DNA of 64,000 nt from Orbicella franksi (lineage: Eukaryota): contig OZ116705.1 of NCBI GenBank assembly GCA_964199315.1, positions 25,854,001 to 25,918,000 on the forward strand, written 5' to 3'. Positions 52,490 to 64,000 of this stretch are shown here, in pieces (the stretch's first letter is position 1; the number at the start of each line of letters is the position of its first letter). The position numbers and the translations under genes are program-made. The notes under the pieces were generated by a model. The model was not told where the DNA came from, searched no databases, and saw only the letters and a program-made list of their open reading frames with translations.

Positions 52490-52984
52490 CAGTCGAACCT
52501 CTCCATGGATACAGACACCTCTCTAATATGGACACCTCTCTAATACGGACAATTTCCTATTTACCGACAAAATTCTCAAACATTTCCTCTTTAAAAACCT
52601 CTAAAATATGGACCCTCTCTAAAACGGACAATGGACACTAAATCGCAACCCTATGGAGCAAATTCATACAAATGTAACCTCTTTGTTATGGACACTCCAG
52701 GGATCAGGTGTCGATAATTTGCGGTATGTACCATTTCCTGTCGGTGGTTACACAGACATTGACACTTTGTCATTCAGCAATACCAATACCAGAACAATAT
52801 CAAAATGTTAGTTTTCAAAACTTACATTTTACAAATGCAAATACAGTACAGTGTCATCAAAAATACTTTTGTGGAAACTTATGTGTAAAAGTGACGTCAT
52901 TGTAGTGACCTCCAATATGGACACCTCTCTAATATGGACACTTCGCTCTGTCCCTTCCGTGTCCATATTAGAAAGGTTCGACTG
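52490..52984. mobile_element. Tc1/mariner (pogo/Tigger-like) MITE, copy B
   Basis: TA|cagtcgaacctctc ... gaaaggttcgactg|TA. Confidence 0.8.
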
Positions 52985-54149
52985 TACATGTCTACTATAG
53001 GGTGTTTTAAATGGGTACCAGATAAATTATGGAAGGTACATGTGGATGTACAATAACATTTTACTACTTGAAGCTTAATACAATGAAACCTGTACTAAGC
53101 AGACACCCTTCGGACTCTCATTAGATGATCAGTAATAGAATTTGATGATGTGTATTGATTTTAAGACTTTGTCCTCTTGTTCAATTTCAGTCTAATACCA
53201 TCACTTTACAAAGAACTTAAAGCAGATGGAGTTAGTTTTCCTGACAGTTCCAAGGTTGGCTTATTTTACACACTTGTATTCTATTTCTTGCCTTTGATTC
53301 TTTGTACCTGCAGTGCAATTTGAGCGGCAATAAATTATAGCAATGAGGCTATTTATTACACTGTATTTGTGAAGAGAAAGTCTGAAATTCAGATGAAATT
53401 AAATTATGTAGTACACAGAGAATGTAAACAGATAGTGAAGCACCGTGGTTGAAACTAAATTCAAAGTGTTTTTGTAATTTTCATAATCAAAATCCATTGA
53501 GTAGTTTTGACTACTAAACTACAGTTTTTAGAGAAAAAAATGCCACTTTTTTTCATTATTTTATTTATTTTATTGACTTTTGTATATATTTTTATATAGT
53601 ATTGCATTGTTTGTAATCACACTGGTTATAGGACACAAGTTCAAGTTCATCAAGTCATTCTTCAGCTCCTGCAACAGTTAGTGCACAACAAGAAGAGGAA
53701 GATTTAGCAAGAGGTACTTGAACATCACACACTACACAGGTCTACTCATTCTGACAAAAACTTGACAAAGGATCTCTACAAAAAAAGTCGATTTTGAAGC
53801 AACTTCAATGCTTTTAACTGTTTCGTACATTACCCCCTTCATTCAGTGAGTGAATACTTCACATTTTGTTGAGTTTTCACATGACCTTCTGCAGTCACAT
53901 GACAAATAGTCGGAGATGAGGGCGTCAACCTTCCCTCACCAATATGCAACCATAGCATGGTACAGTGTGTAGCAGGCATGATCACGACGACAAAATGTTT
54001 TGGCAAAAATCTTGGCACCATTTTTTTAGCAAACAATCCTTCCCTTCAGCTACCCTTCTCAAACTCATACATGTAATTCATCAAGTTAAAACAAAGCAAA
54101 TCACTGCCGTGAAGGAGGTTTGGATACCTGGTCTTAATTTGCATAGATT

Positions 54150-54345
54150 TTAATGATTTTAGTTCTCCATTTACTCCTTAGTTTTTGTTTCGATTGAGAA
54201 GATATATCAAACATTCGAGACAGTGTTTCATCGGCTATCCAAACACCTCGAATTTCATCAAAAATACTCTGCTGTCTGTCGTATTTTCAACTTTCTTCTT
54301 GGTGTTTGGATATCCTGATGAAACACTGTCTCTCATGTTTGATCC
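54150..54345. mobile_element. Crypton-like hairpin element (both arms in copy B; left arm missing in copy A at ~8246)
   Basis: Arms 54204-54247 (atcaaacattcgagacagtgtttcatc..atccaaacacc) and 54301-54343 (ggtgtttggatatcctgatgaaacactgtctctcatgtttgat). Confidence 0.55.
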
Positions 54346-57300
54346 ATTACTTCCCTTCCTCACCTCAAATTCAATTCTGAATTGGAATTCTCTCCATTGA
54401 ACCATGCAACCATATTTCAGCATTGTTCTAGTGGGAGATGTCTGTGGGGTTTGGAAGGTGTCTGTATGTTGATGATTTTCCAAGGGCGTTTTAACCCAAG
54501 ATTCTCTTGTCTTCCTTTTCTGATACAGATATTTGTCTTTTTTTTTCTTTTTCACCTTCAGCAATTCAGTTGTCCCTTCAGGAAGCAGAAAGTAGTAAGG
54601 TAGAGCATACTGATTTATACTATGCTTAAGTAGTCATCGTTTTTTACTGTGTTGTTCAAATCATTGCTTTTTCAATGAGTTTTCTCTTTGCTTTCTTGAA
54701 AGTCGGTGGTATACATGTGACATGCTTTGTACACAATTGGGAGCTTTTGGTCAAAATTTCAGAGAGAGAAAAACAAAAACTATTAAAATGTATCATGATA
54801 TTGACCTTTCTAGTGATAAACCAAAAATTTGAAATGCCTTGAAATATCATCGTCGTGCAGTTTTACAGCTGTCTTTGATTTTGTTCAGCATATAAATACT
54901 TAATATGTAAGTCTTCTCTGGAACAACATTGAAAAACATAGCTGTAACAGAGTAGGCATGTTCTTGTTTGTGTAAACAGGGTGCAGATCAATTGATTTTG
55001 TTTGGTGACTAAGCTGTTGATCATTCTTCATTCTTCAGTTCACCTTCACCAGCTCCTGCAAGGAGGGTACATGTAGGTGTCCTGTTTGAACCACAGCATA
55101 TCCAGTTATTTGATCTGCTTTCCACAAGTCAAAATTGAAATAATTACATATCACCTCTAAGACATCTATGTAACAGGATTCCATTCTGTTTCGTTTGATC
55201 AATCATATTTTAATAAATTTCAATGGCATGTGGTGGGGTGGGGGGGCATTGTCTTTGTAACATTTGCAGGGCAACTACAACCTGATGCTTGAGTGATTTT
55301 GATTAATAAATTCTCTTTGAATCCAACAGAAATTTATGAAACTGAAATGCAAAAACGTTTATCAGTAAAAGCAATAAAAGCAAGCTACGACCTTAAAGAA
55401 AGGCAATCTGGCCTTCAAGTGAATTTCTTTTTTATTATGTTAGGTTGAGGCCAAAAAAGTCCGAGCATTGAACGATTTTGAGGCAGATGAAGACAATGAA
55501 CTTACATTCAAGTCTGGAGAGATAATATCTGATAATATCTGTTCTTGATGACAGGTTGGTTCTGAACCTAATCTTGTTTGTTGCCCGGGGGGGGGGGGGG
55601 AGGAGTGCTCGTCGGAAATTTTGAAAAGAGCCTCTGCCAAGATCCTGTTTTGTGGGCGTGGCTTGAAACTTTTTTCACCCCTAAGAGGAACCAATTCTAA
55701 AACAACACATGCTCTCCTGTCATTTTGTTCGGCTACTGTGGACCTTTCAAGGCTAAACACCGAAAGAGATACCAAAGCCGATCTTTTAACCCCTACAGGG
55801 TACGACGAGGCACCCTCGTCCTTTTCCTATGGGAATCCCCTCCAGGAGGTTTGTTGTTCCGTAGACCACAAGCGATCCCTGCAACCAGCCTACTAAACTG
55901 CTTTCCAAGAGTACAAATACTGTGAGATACTTGTGTTCAGTTCGGCGTTATTTGTACTCTGCGGAGTGCATTTGGATGATAAATACCTCGTACTACAAGT
56001 TACGGACCAAGGTTTTTTTTCCTCCTTCGATTTACGACCAAAGCATGAAGCGTGCTGGCCATTAATCAAAGGAGAACTTACAGTACAGACCGTGATCACG
56101 AGATATCTCTACTATCACACGGGTTCGGCAGACCATTTCGTAGAGGTCAAAACCAAAATGACTCAATTCGAGACATGTCGCCAACGTTGAGAAATCTTGA
56201 CGATAAATAACGAAACGCTTTCATCCTCATCATTCTTTATAGCCCCCAGTGGGGCACAGGGGCGCTTTGGCAACAAAAATAAATAAATAAATAAATAAAT
56301 AAATAGCGAATACCTCCTCTAAATTAATCAATCACAGCGCGCGTATCAACTGAGATATATAATATCAATGTTATTAATATGAAACACTACCTAACGATAA
56401 AGGAAGATGGTCAAATGTTTTCCTGCTCATAAACTTATATGACACTATGTGACCGTCTTTTTTTTTTCAGTGATGTGAACTGGTGGAAGGGTGAAACAGC
56501 TCGTGGCGTAGGACTATTTCCTTCTAACTTTGTGACGTCGGATTTGTCTGAGCCCGAAAGTCGTAAGTTTATATTATGTTAAATCTACCCTATATAAAAC
56601 TACCCAGATTCTGGCCACGCAGGGTCTCTGTGTTGTATTCTTGTGCAACGCTGTGTTTTATTCTTGTAAGTGATCATTACTTTTTTTTTCTTTCTTTCCT
56701 TTTTAATATAAACTCTTGCCCCCGCCTCGATTAGTTCTGGAACTAGTTGCGGTGACAAGCAAATTTTGTACATGTAACTATATGTAAGAAAAGAAGAAAG
56801 AAATTAAACTTAAACTTAAACTTAGACTGAAACTACAAGTTTCCTTGCTCTCAAAGTCCCTTTTACTATTGTGCCGAAAAAATGAACATCTGGCCACTTT
56901 GGAAACGAGAAATGGCATGAAAACAAGCTGTTTGAATGACCCACTCTAAAACGTGAGCCCAACTATATGAAACAGCTTCTCAGAAGTGGTAGTCTTACTA
57001 AGTTTGCAGTGAATTGAAAGCCTGTCTTCTACAAGTTGTAATCGATGTGTTTTATATTTTTGCTGTTGTCATCAGCGTCGAAGGTGGAAAAGAAGAAGGT
57101 ACGCTGGGCTGACGAACCTAGGCACCAGGCCCCGACATCTGAAGGTACTGTGTTTTATTTACGGACCTTGTATAATCGCAAATGATTTTCGATAATTTGG
57201 GAATTTCATTAATAAAAAAAAAGAAAACAAATTTTAAAAACGAATTAAAGCCCTAGGTGGAATTGAATAGTTCGGGTTAAGCACTGTCATATGAATAGCT

Positions 57301-57546
57301 TCGCACGGAGACTCGTTTTCACACGGGCAAGTAAGAAATGGCCTATTCAAGAAAATCTCGCTCGCTGACTGGCCATAAAGGCGTGTTATTAAGCGTGAAA
57401 TCGCCATTGGATGCGGCTACATTTCAAATGGTATTTTAGTACTCTCAGAGACAAACTTGGTCCTTGAGTAGATAAGTCACGTGAAGCTATGTGATTCAAA
57501 TGAAATTCATTGCCAGACTCGTTCGTTCCACGTTCAATACATGATA

Positions 57547-59615
57547 CAGTACAGCCCAAAAATAATGCACGCGCAAGAACTTCTTTTTGCGTCCGCAAGC
57601 CGTCAACTTCTTGCGGCTTCTTGCGGGTCGCTTGCGCTTGGATCCTGCAAGACGCAAGAACTTCTTTGCGGTTAGGAGTTAAAACCGCAAGAACTTCTTT
57701 GCGGTTGGATTTTCAACCCGCAAGAACTTCTTTTGCGCTAACACTCTTAGCACGCGAAAATCCGTATCAAGACAGTACCGTCTTGGCGACGGGTTCTAAA
57801 AAACACAACTAACAGACACAACGAAAAAAACATAACTAGCGCCACACTTACCGTAAGAAGCATTAAAACGACAAATTCTTAACTCTTGACAAATTAAACT
57901 CTAAAAGTTCAGTTCAGACGACGAACTTTTCATGAGTCTAACTTAATTCGAATTTGGACCGATCCCCGGGAACGACCAAAGAAAAAGTAATGAACGGATG
58001 CGCGTTTGATGAAACTTCGAACTCGTTGATCGGCGTGAGCTGCTGTTTACATGTACCACAAAGCTGTATTTCAATCCATCAAAACGTAAACAAATATAAC
58101 AGAAGAAAAAGTTGATTCTCAGCCGTACCGACGAACAAACAAATCGTCGACCTTACTACGTATACGGCTACCGTTACACAATAGATCTTGGGAAGCTTCT
58201 TAATGATGTGACTAATATTATAAGTTCTAAAGTGTAAGCCATATAAAGTCTAAACGCTGTTGAGGTCGTCCTTGGAGAGAGTTTTCGTTCGCGAATAAAT
58301 CAGTCAGTACATGTAGATTTTATCTCTGACAGTGGGAAGATTTTGGTCACGTGCTAAGCAACCTGTGAATCGAGAGTTTATTTGAAATGGCTTTTTCTGT
58401 CCGGACCAAAGGTTAAAAAAACACATATTTACTGGGAAGTAACTTCCAAGTGTAACCCAAATTTTGAAACAAGCAAGTTTCTCAGTCGGCGAAAACAAGC
58501 ACAGGACTACATGCATGCATGACAAAAGCGTGACTTTTCACGCATCAGTAATGTTTGAAGAGGTTATGCAAATTCAAAGCGTCACAACAACATGATTGTT
58601 ATCAGTGCATGCTGTCTTGAAAGATTTCGTTCAATGGGATTCTCTTCGAAATAAGAGGAATGCATAAGGCAAACTCACGAGATTTCGCTGTTCAGAAGAT
58701 CATTTATGTGCTTATCACAACCATAGTTATACCGGTAATGTTTTACCGCATTGCAAACAAGGTAGAATTTACGAAGTTCGCTTCCATAGGCGACTTTCAA
58801 GTTTCCTTGATTACTGTTTGTTTAGAAACACAAAATATATTTTCTGCAAGGGCTTTTCGCCTGTAATACTAATTCTGCGAAAAGTTCTTAAAGAAACTTA
58901 CGACATCGTAGTGCACACGCAGTCTTTGCGGTTCAGTGTGCGATTTGAACGAAAGTTGTCTTCGCTCACATATCCGCAAGAAGAAGACAACACTTCTGAA
59001 TGATAATGAATTTTGCATTCAGAAGCAAAAAGCGTTGGACCCCAGACTAACTACATCGTAGTTCGATTTTTCTACGTGGACTGTTTCTTCATGAGCCTCA
59101 TTACTTGGAGACGTTTTGTGATTGTATGCCAGCAGACTTTTCAAGTGATCGAAGGGCTTTTTTCCCGTATACTAGGTATCATGAACACGCGAGTGCGTTC
59201 GATATTATTTTCACAGTATAGGCAAACATAAATCCAGATCTGGTCTCAGCTGTTGGAAATATATCTCTTCCCACTGCAGTGACATATCTTATGGATAAAA
59301 TTGCGAGCACACGCTGAGCATTTCGACCACCAACATGGCACTTATAAACGAACAGACTGTTTGACCTGCAACAACTTCTTGCGCCTTCTTGCGGCTTGCG
59401 GTAAGATTCATAAGTTCTTGCGGCTTCTTGCGGTTAGATTTTCAACTTCTTGCGGCTTCTTGCGGTTAGACTTTCAACTTCTCACGTTTCGAATGTTCTT
59501 GCGGATAAACCGCAAAAACACGACATTTTTACTTCTTGCGGCGGTTTGCGTGTTCTTGCGGCGTAAGAACCTGTTGCGCCACTTCTTGCGCGTGCATTAT
59601 TTTTGGGCTGTACTG
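57547..59615. mobile_element. Non-autonomous Tc1/mariner-type element, copy B only
   Basis: TA|CAGTACAGCCCAAAAATAATGCACGCGCAAGAA ... TTCTTGCGCGTGCATTATTTTTGGGCTGTACTG|TA, with many subterminal cgcaagaa/ttcttgcg motifs. Copy A has a single-TA empty site (catgatatgtacc, ~14695). Confidence 0.92.
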
Positions 59616-59709
59616 TATGTACCATAGAACTCACTCGTCACGCGGTGAATTTTTCCGTGGTACACCGCTGTTGGCACTTTCCTATATTGTTCTTCAAGAG
59701 ATATTTAGT

Positions 59710-59935
59710 GGCAGATAATTCATGGTAGGCCACATATAATCGCCTTCCCCTTTACTCCTTAAATGCTAACCGCAAGCAAACAGCAGTAATTAAATGTTAA
59801 CCGCAAGCAAACAGTAGTAAATAAATGCCAACTGCAAGTAAACACAATATTTAAATGCTAACCGCAAGCAAACGGCAGTAAATAGAAGCAAACTGCAGGG
59901 AGACTATATGGGTGGCCTACCATGAATTATGTCCC
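59710..59935. mobile_element. MITE with 8-bp TSD and internal ~35-bp tandem repeat, copy B only
   Basis: TATTTAGT|ggcagataattcatggtaggccac ... gtggcctaccatgaattatgtccc|TATTTAGT, with internal aaatgctaaccgcaagcaaac repeats. Empty site gatatttagttg in copy A (~14783). Confidence 0.88.
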
Positions 59936-62900
59936 TATTTAGTTGTTTTTAAACAGTTGTTAGCCCGCTAATGAGTTGTAAAATGTTCCCTCTCGGTGTA
60001 GCTTCGAATTTCGTCGCTTTGATTTTCTTTCTTTGTTATCTAGAGTCAACAGTACCAGTGAAAACAGAAATCAGTGAGGTGAGATTAGAGCTATAAAGTG
60101 ATGAATAAATATCTTAACTGACAACTTACTCAATGGGGCTTTTCAGAGGCATTGAAACAATTTTCGTAAATCAATGCGTCAATAAGCGTAGTAAAACAGT
60201 TGATAACATGACATCAATGCGGTTTTCTAACGTTTTACTTTGAAAAGAAATATTTTTAAAGAGCGTAGCAGGTTATGCAGGTGGAAAGGTTGTAAAGAAA
60301 CTTTAAAATGAAGATAGTGAGAGCTGAGGCCAAGGAAGAAATAGAGAGCAATGGAACCCCTGCCTCTCCTCCCACCCACCCTTCTCCCCTCCCTCATCCC
60401 CTCTTCCCCCTTTCGCCTCCTCCCTACCCCCCTTCAATCTCCGTTCAGGGAAGGCTTAACAGGCCACGTTCCATATATCAATATTGTAACATGGCTCCGA
60501 CGTTTTCAGTGCAAAATTGCAAATTTGTTAAGTTTCTCTTTTCCCCTCAATTCCCAAATTAAATGGGACTTGGTTTAACCCTGCGATGGACTAGCATCGC
60601 AGGGTTGAGACGAAGAACAGGCTAAGATTTGATGTCGGATTGGCTTCAGGTTCTCATAGAAACAGTCATAAGTCGCTTCATGTTACTGAAACCGGAATAA
60701 GCGCTGGCCTGATGGGCCACTTGACTCGTATATAGACTTTAACTTTACTTTACTGTTGTTAATACCATAACGTTTCATCTGCATTTAGGAAAAGATAGAC
60801 TCGTGTACAAACATGTTAAAGGGAGCCAATATCGAAGGCGAAGACGAACAAGAGGAAACAATTCAAGATATGGAAGGTTCGTTTTGTTGTAATGAAAATT
60901 GTGCCACTCTGCACTTGAGCAGGGTTGAGACGAAGAGCAGGCTAAGATTTCTTGTCCGATCATCGAGCTTCAGCTTCTCCCTGCTACGAATAAAGAGGAA
61001 TTCGTTGAAAACTTATGAGTCTTACATGAATGGGCGGAGGGGACGGCTGTAAGTTGAGACCAGAAGCCGCTACTAGATCGGAGATTTGTATTTAACTGGT
61101 CAGGGAAATTTGATTTTTATCTGTGGCAACCATGTTGTTAAATTACGGGCACGGGATGTTCTATAGTTAATAAATTGAAGAGTTGTTGTGTTAATTGGCT
61201 AAGCTCTCCTATACATCACAGATGAATGCTACAGAATGGAGCCTCTTGTCAAGGGCAAGATTGAAGAAAGTGAAAGGTGAACCAAACCTCTTTATTTCTT
61301 TTCTTTTTTTACAACCAACAAAACTCGCTTTTAGTGATCGTGTTGTTTTGATGAAAGCTATCCTTACATTTGTGTTAAACCCCATGTATGAGAATTTATC
61401 TAGGTAGCAGTTACATTTTTAATAAGTTACAAACCGTAGGAAAAATAGATGGCGAATTGCTCATTTACCCATAATTCTTACAGAAAAGTTCCAAACAGTT
61501 CAAACCAAGCATACACAATGTCGTCAGTTCAGGGACAAGTGTTGCATTTAAGTATGGCTTTCCTTGTACTTTATGGGCTGTGCAAAGTTTGCATGGGATT
61601 GTGATAAAATGTACAGCCGCTACCGTTTTTCCTACGGACTGTTGTACAAATCAACTTGAGCAGTCACGAAAATAAAGCCTGAAAAAAAAAAAACAAAAAC
61701 AAAAACAAAAGCCTTGAACGTCCTCCTCCAAGTTGTCTTTGACTCTCTACGTTTTCTCCTCCCTTCAGGCTTTCTATGGACTGCTGATTTCGGAGTAAAA
61801 TTTCCTTCCATCCTTAGCATATGATCGGTTATAAGTAATACATCATCTTTTTTCCCTTTTTGTAGAAAACGCCAAGAATTATCATCAATGAACGAACAAT
61901 ATCTACAAGCGTTGAGTTTATACCAGAGGTAATCTCTTGATAGTTTTTTTCTTTCATTACCTCCCTTATAATTTAAACTTACTTCTCGCGCAAAAATGTG
62001 GGGTGCTATCATTGCAACTTGAAACGACCCCTGGCACTTGAGCTGAAAAATTTGATCCCAAGATGTCAAGTGGACTTTGCTGTGGAGTGAAGGAATGGCT
62101 GACAGAAGTGTGCTGAAGCTGTCTAAAGTGAAAGCTTAAAAATGCAACTCTCTGTTTCTGTTTGTCTCTCTTGTACGTAAAAAAAGAAAAAATATCAATA
62201 ACAGGTTAGTAAAGCAGGTTTTTCTTTTTGTATTACAGGCTGATGAAAGAGCCATTACCAGTTCCTACGCTGCCTTATGGATATGGCGCTAATCCCCAGG
62301 CCTCCATAGGCATGTATCAGCTGCCTGGATCAACAGAACAGCACAGCAATACCTTCAAGTAAGATGCATGGAACGTCCCTAAGAAACTCTATCGGATATT
62401 CAATGTTGGATATGCTTTTTCTTATGGTAACAAAATTCTAAAAACCATCGTTGCAAGGTTTGTGGAAAGGCCGATATTTTTACCCCGATTACGGTTCGAT
62501 TCACTCTCTACATGTGTAGAAGCCCTGGGAAGTTGTTCACATGGACGTTGCCCTGCGTTTACACTAACTTGTCCCGTTACTCTTTTCCAGGCGACACAGC
62601 TCTATGCCCCACATCCTGCAGGTTATCCCCAGGTCTCCCGTCCAACGTCACTTCAGTATATGAGCGAGCCTGGTGCCGTTCTGGGGTCATCTGTTATGGT
62701 GAGTGTTTGGAGGAAATCTTAATTCTTCATGCTGTCGGCGCTTTTTCCAAGTAATGTTTGTTTCTTGCACGATTCGTAGGGCACGGCATACTCGAGCCAA
62801 GGGCCTGTGCAGCCCTACGCAAGTCACATGTCCAACCACGTGACTTCAGCGCCTTACCAACCGACTCAGCTCAGCCAAGCGCATGCTCCACCCCAGGCCC

Positions 62901-64000
62901 CGATGCAGCCTCCAAGCAACGTCCAACAAACGTTCCCAAGCCAACAGCAAGTTCAACAACCACCAATGTCCTACCAGCAGCAACAGCAACTTCCTTACCA
63001 ACAGGGGATTCCTGCGGCACCACCCGAGTATCCGTCCCAGAGTGCACCGCATGATTACTATGCCCAGTCTCTAGCGCAACCTAGCGTGGCGGGCTACTCG
63101 AGTTTTCCCGCGCAACCACAAATGGTTTACTCGCAGCAGCCGCTGCTCTGATAGTGACTGCGGTCTCGTAAATTCCTGGCTTTGATTGATTAGTCGTTAG
63201 TGGTAAAGTTTTGCGGCTTTAAAAGGAAACACAAAATTCCCTTTCACTGGACAAGAGGAGCGAAAACAAGCCCATTCATAACGGTAAACAAATGAGTTGG
63301 ACCTGTCTGGGTCAGAACCGTCCTGTTAAGAAAATCACGTTGATTGATGAATTTTTCAGAGCTCAACTAAAGGTAACATCAAAACAGTTTAAGATTTCAG
63401 AGTTGAACGAAATTTGGGAAGGAATCCCTGGATAATAAAAACTGGTGTAATGAGTTTTATTCATTGTTCAAAACCAAGGTCCATACATAACACTGTAAAA
63501 TGGTGCTTGATTAAGGCGATTTTTAAGTAGGATTAGACGTTATTTGTGAGTTATGTACGATGCAATATAGATGTCGTGAGCAATTGTTTTACAGTTCCTC
63601 AATACGAAATGCGTGTAAGATATCATTTGTTATAAAATGTTTTACATGTAATAGCCAAATTTTATGCACACCCAAAAAGGAACGTAATCAACATGAACTG
63701 CCATGTGATAAATTTTTAAAGCCTTTAATTGTAATCTCATGTCTAAAAAGTGTTCGACACACTATATTCTTGATCGATTCCATAAGTTAGGGTTTTGATA
63801 TCATTGGTTCACAAAAGACAGAGTTACTTGCTTGCGATTGGTTAAAACATGTCGGGTGACTGACGTGAGCAAGTGAAAACTTGATTAACTGGATCGACGG
63901 AAATCCAACGACATTATAGGTTTATTTTTTATTGTGGAGGGCATAAATGAACTTTAAATTCATCAACGGGATTCCAGCATAACCCAATGGTTGAAAAATG

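Larger units (their letters stand above)
49474..63151 (+). pseudogene. STAM: STAM pseudogene copy B, 5'-truncated, frameshifts in SH3 and tail exons
   Basis: Exons 49474-49569, 52370-52449, 53191-53254, 53632-53713 (QQEEEDLAR, intact), 54562-54599 (AIQLSLQE), remnant ~55033-55066 (acceptor and 5' half deleted), 55444-55554 (10-bp tandem duplication GATAATATCT at 55521-55540; ALYDF>ALNDF), 56471-56562, 57076-57144, 60044-60078, 60789-60876, 61222-61276, 61866-61928, 62239-62358 (+5 nt AACAG), 62591-62698, 62780-63151. Confidence 0.93.
46230..64000 (+). repeat. Segmental duplication, copy B
   Basis: Direct repeat of 1-18841. It differs by substitutions, small indels and copy-specific transposon insertions. 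Confidence 0.97.

Noticed and set aside
57389-59718. ORFs within the 2-kb mariner-type insertion
   Set aside because: They derive from cgcaagaa/ttcttgcg repeat arrays; no DD34E/D transposase motif was found.

Overview
AT-rich, intron-containing animal DNA with no prokaryotic features. The repeat families are most consistent with an anthozoan or stony coral, which is an inference. The main structure is a large direct duplication: 1-18841 recurs at 46230-64000 and runs off the window end. Each copy carries a 5'-truncated, multi-exon STAM (ESCRT-0; VHS-UIM-SH3-GAT-Pro/Gln tail) pseudogene, disabled by different lesions in the two copies, plus an IS3EU-like transposase remnant. The single-copy middle (18.8-46.2 kb) holds an apparently intact orphan secreted-protein gene (20843-23154), the last four exons of a frameshifted HMG-CoA lyase (HMGCL) gene on the minus strand, and an unidentified spliced gene fragment (42.6-46.1 kb). 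It also has many DNA transposons (Sola3-like, Mutator/foldback-like with a PHD exon, Tc1/mariner, Harbinger-type MITEs, Crypton-like hairpin elements) and tRNA-derived SINEs. Several transposons occur in only one duplicate copy and mark post-duplication history. All identifications were made by eye from translation, splice phase and remembered family motifs; no database search was run.
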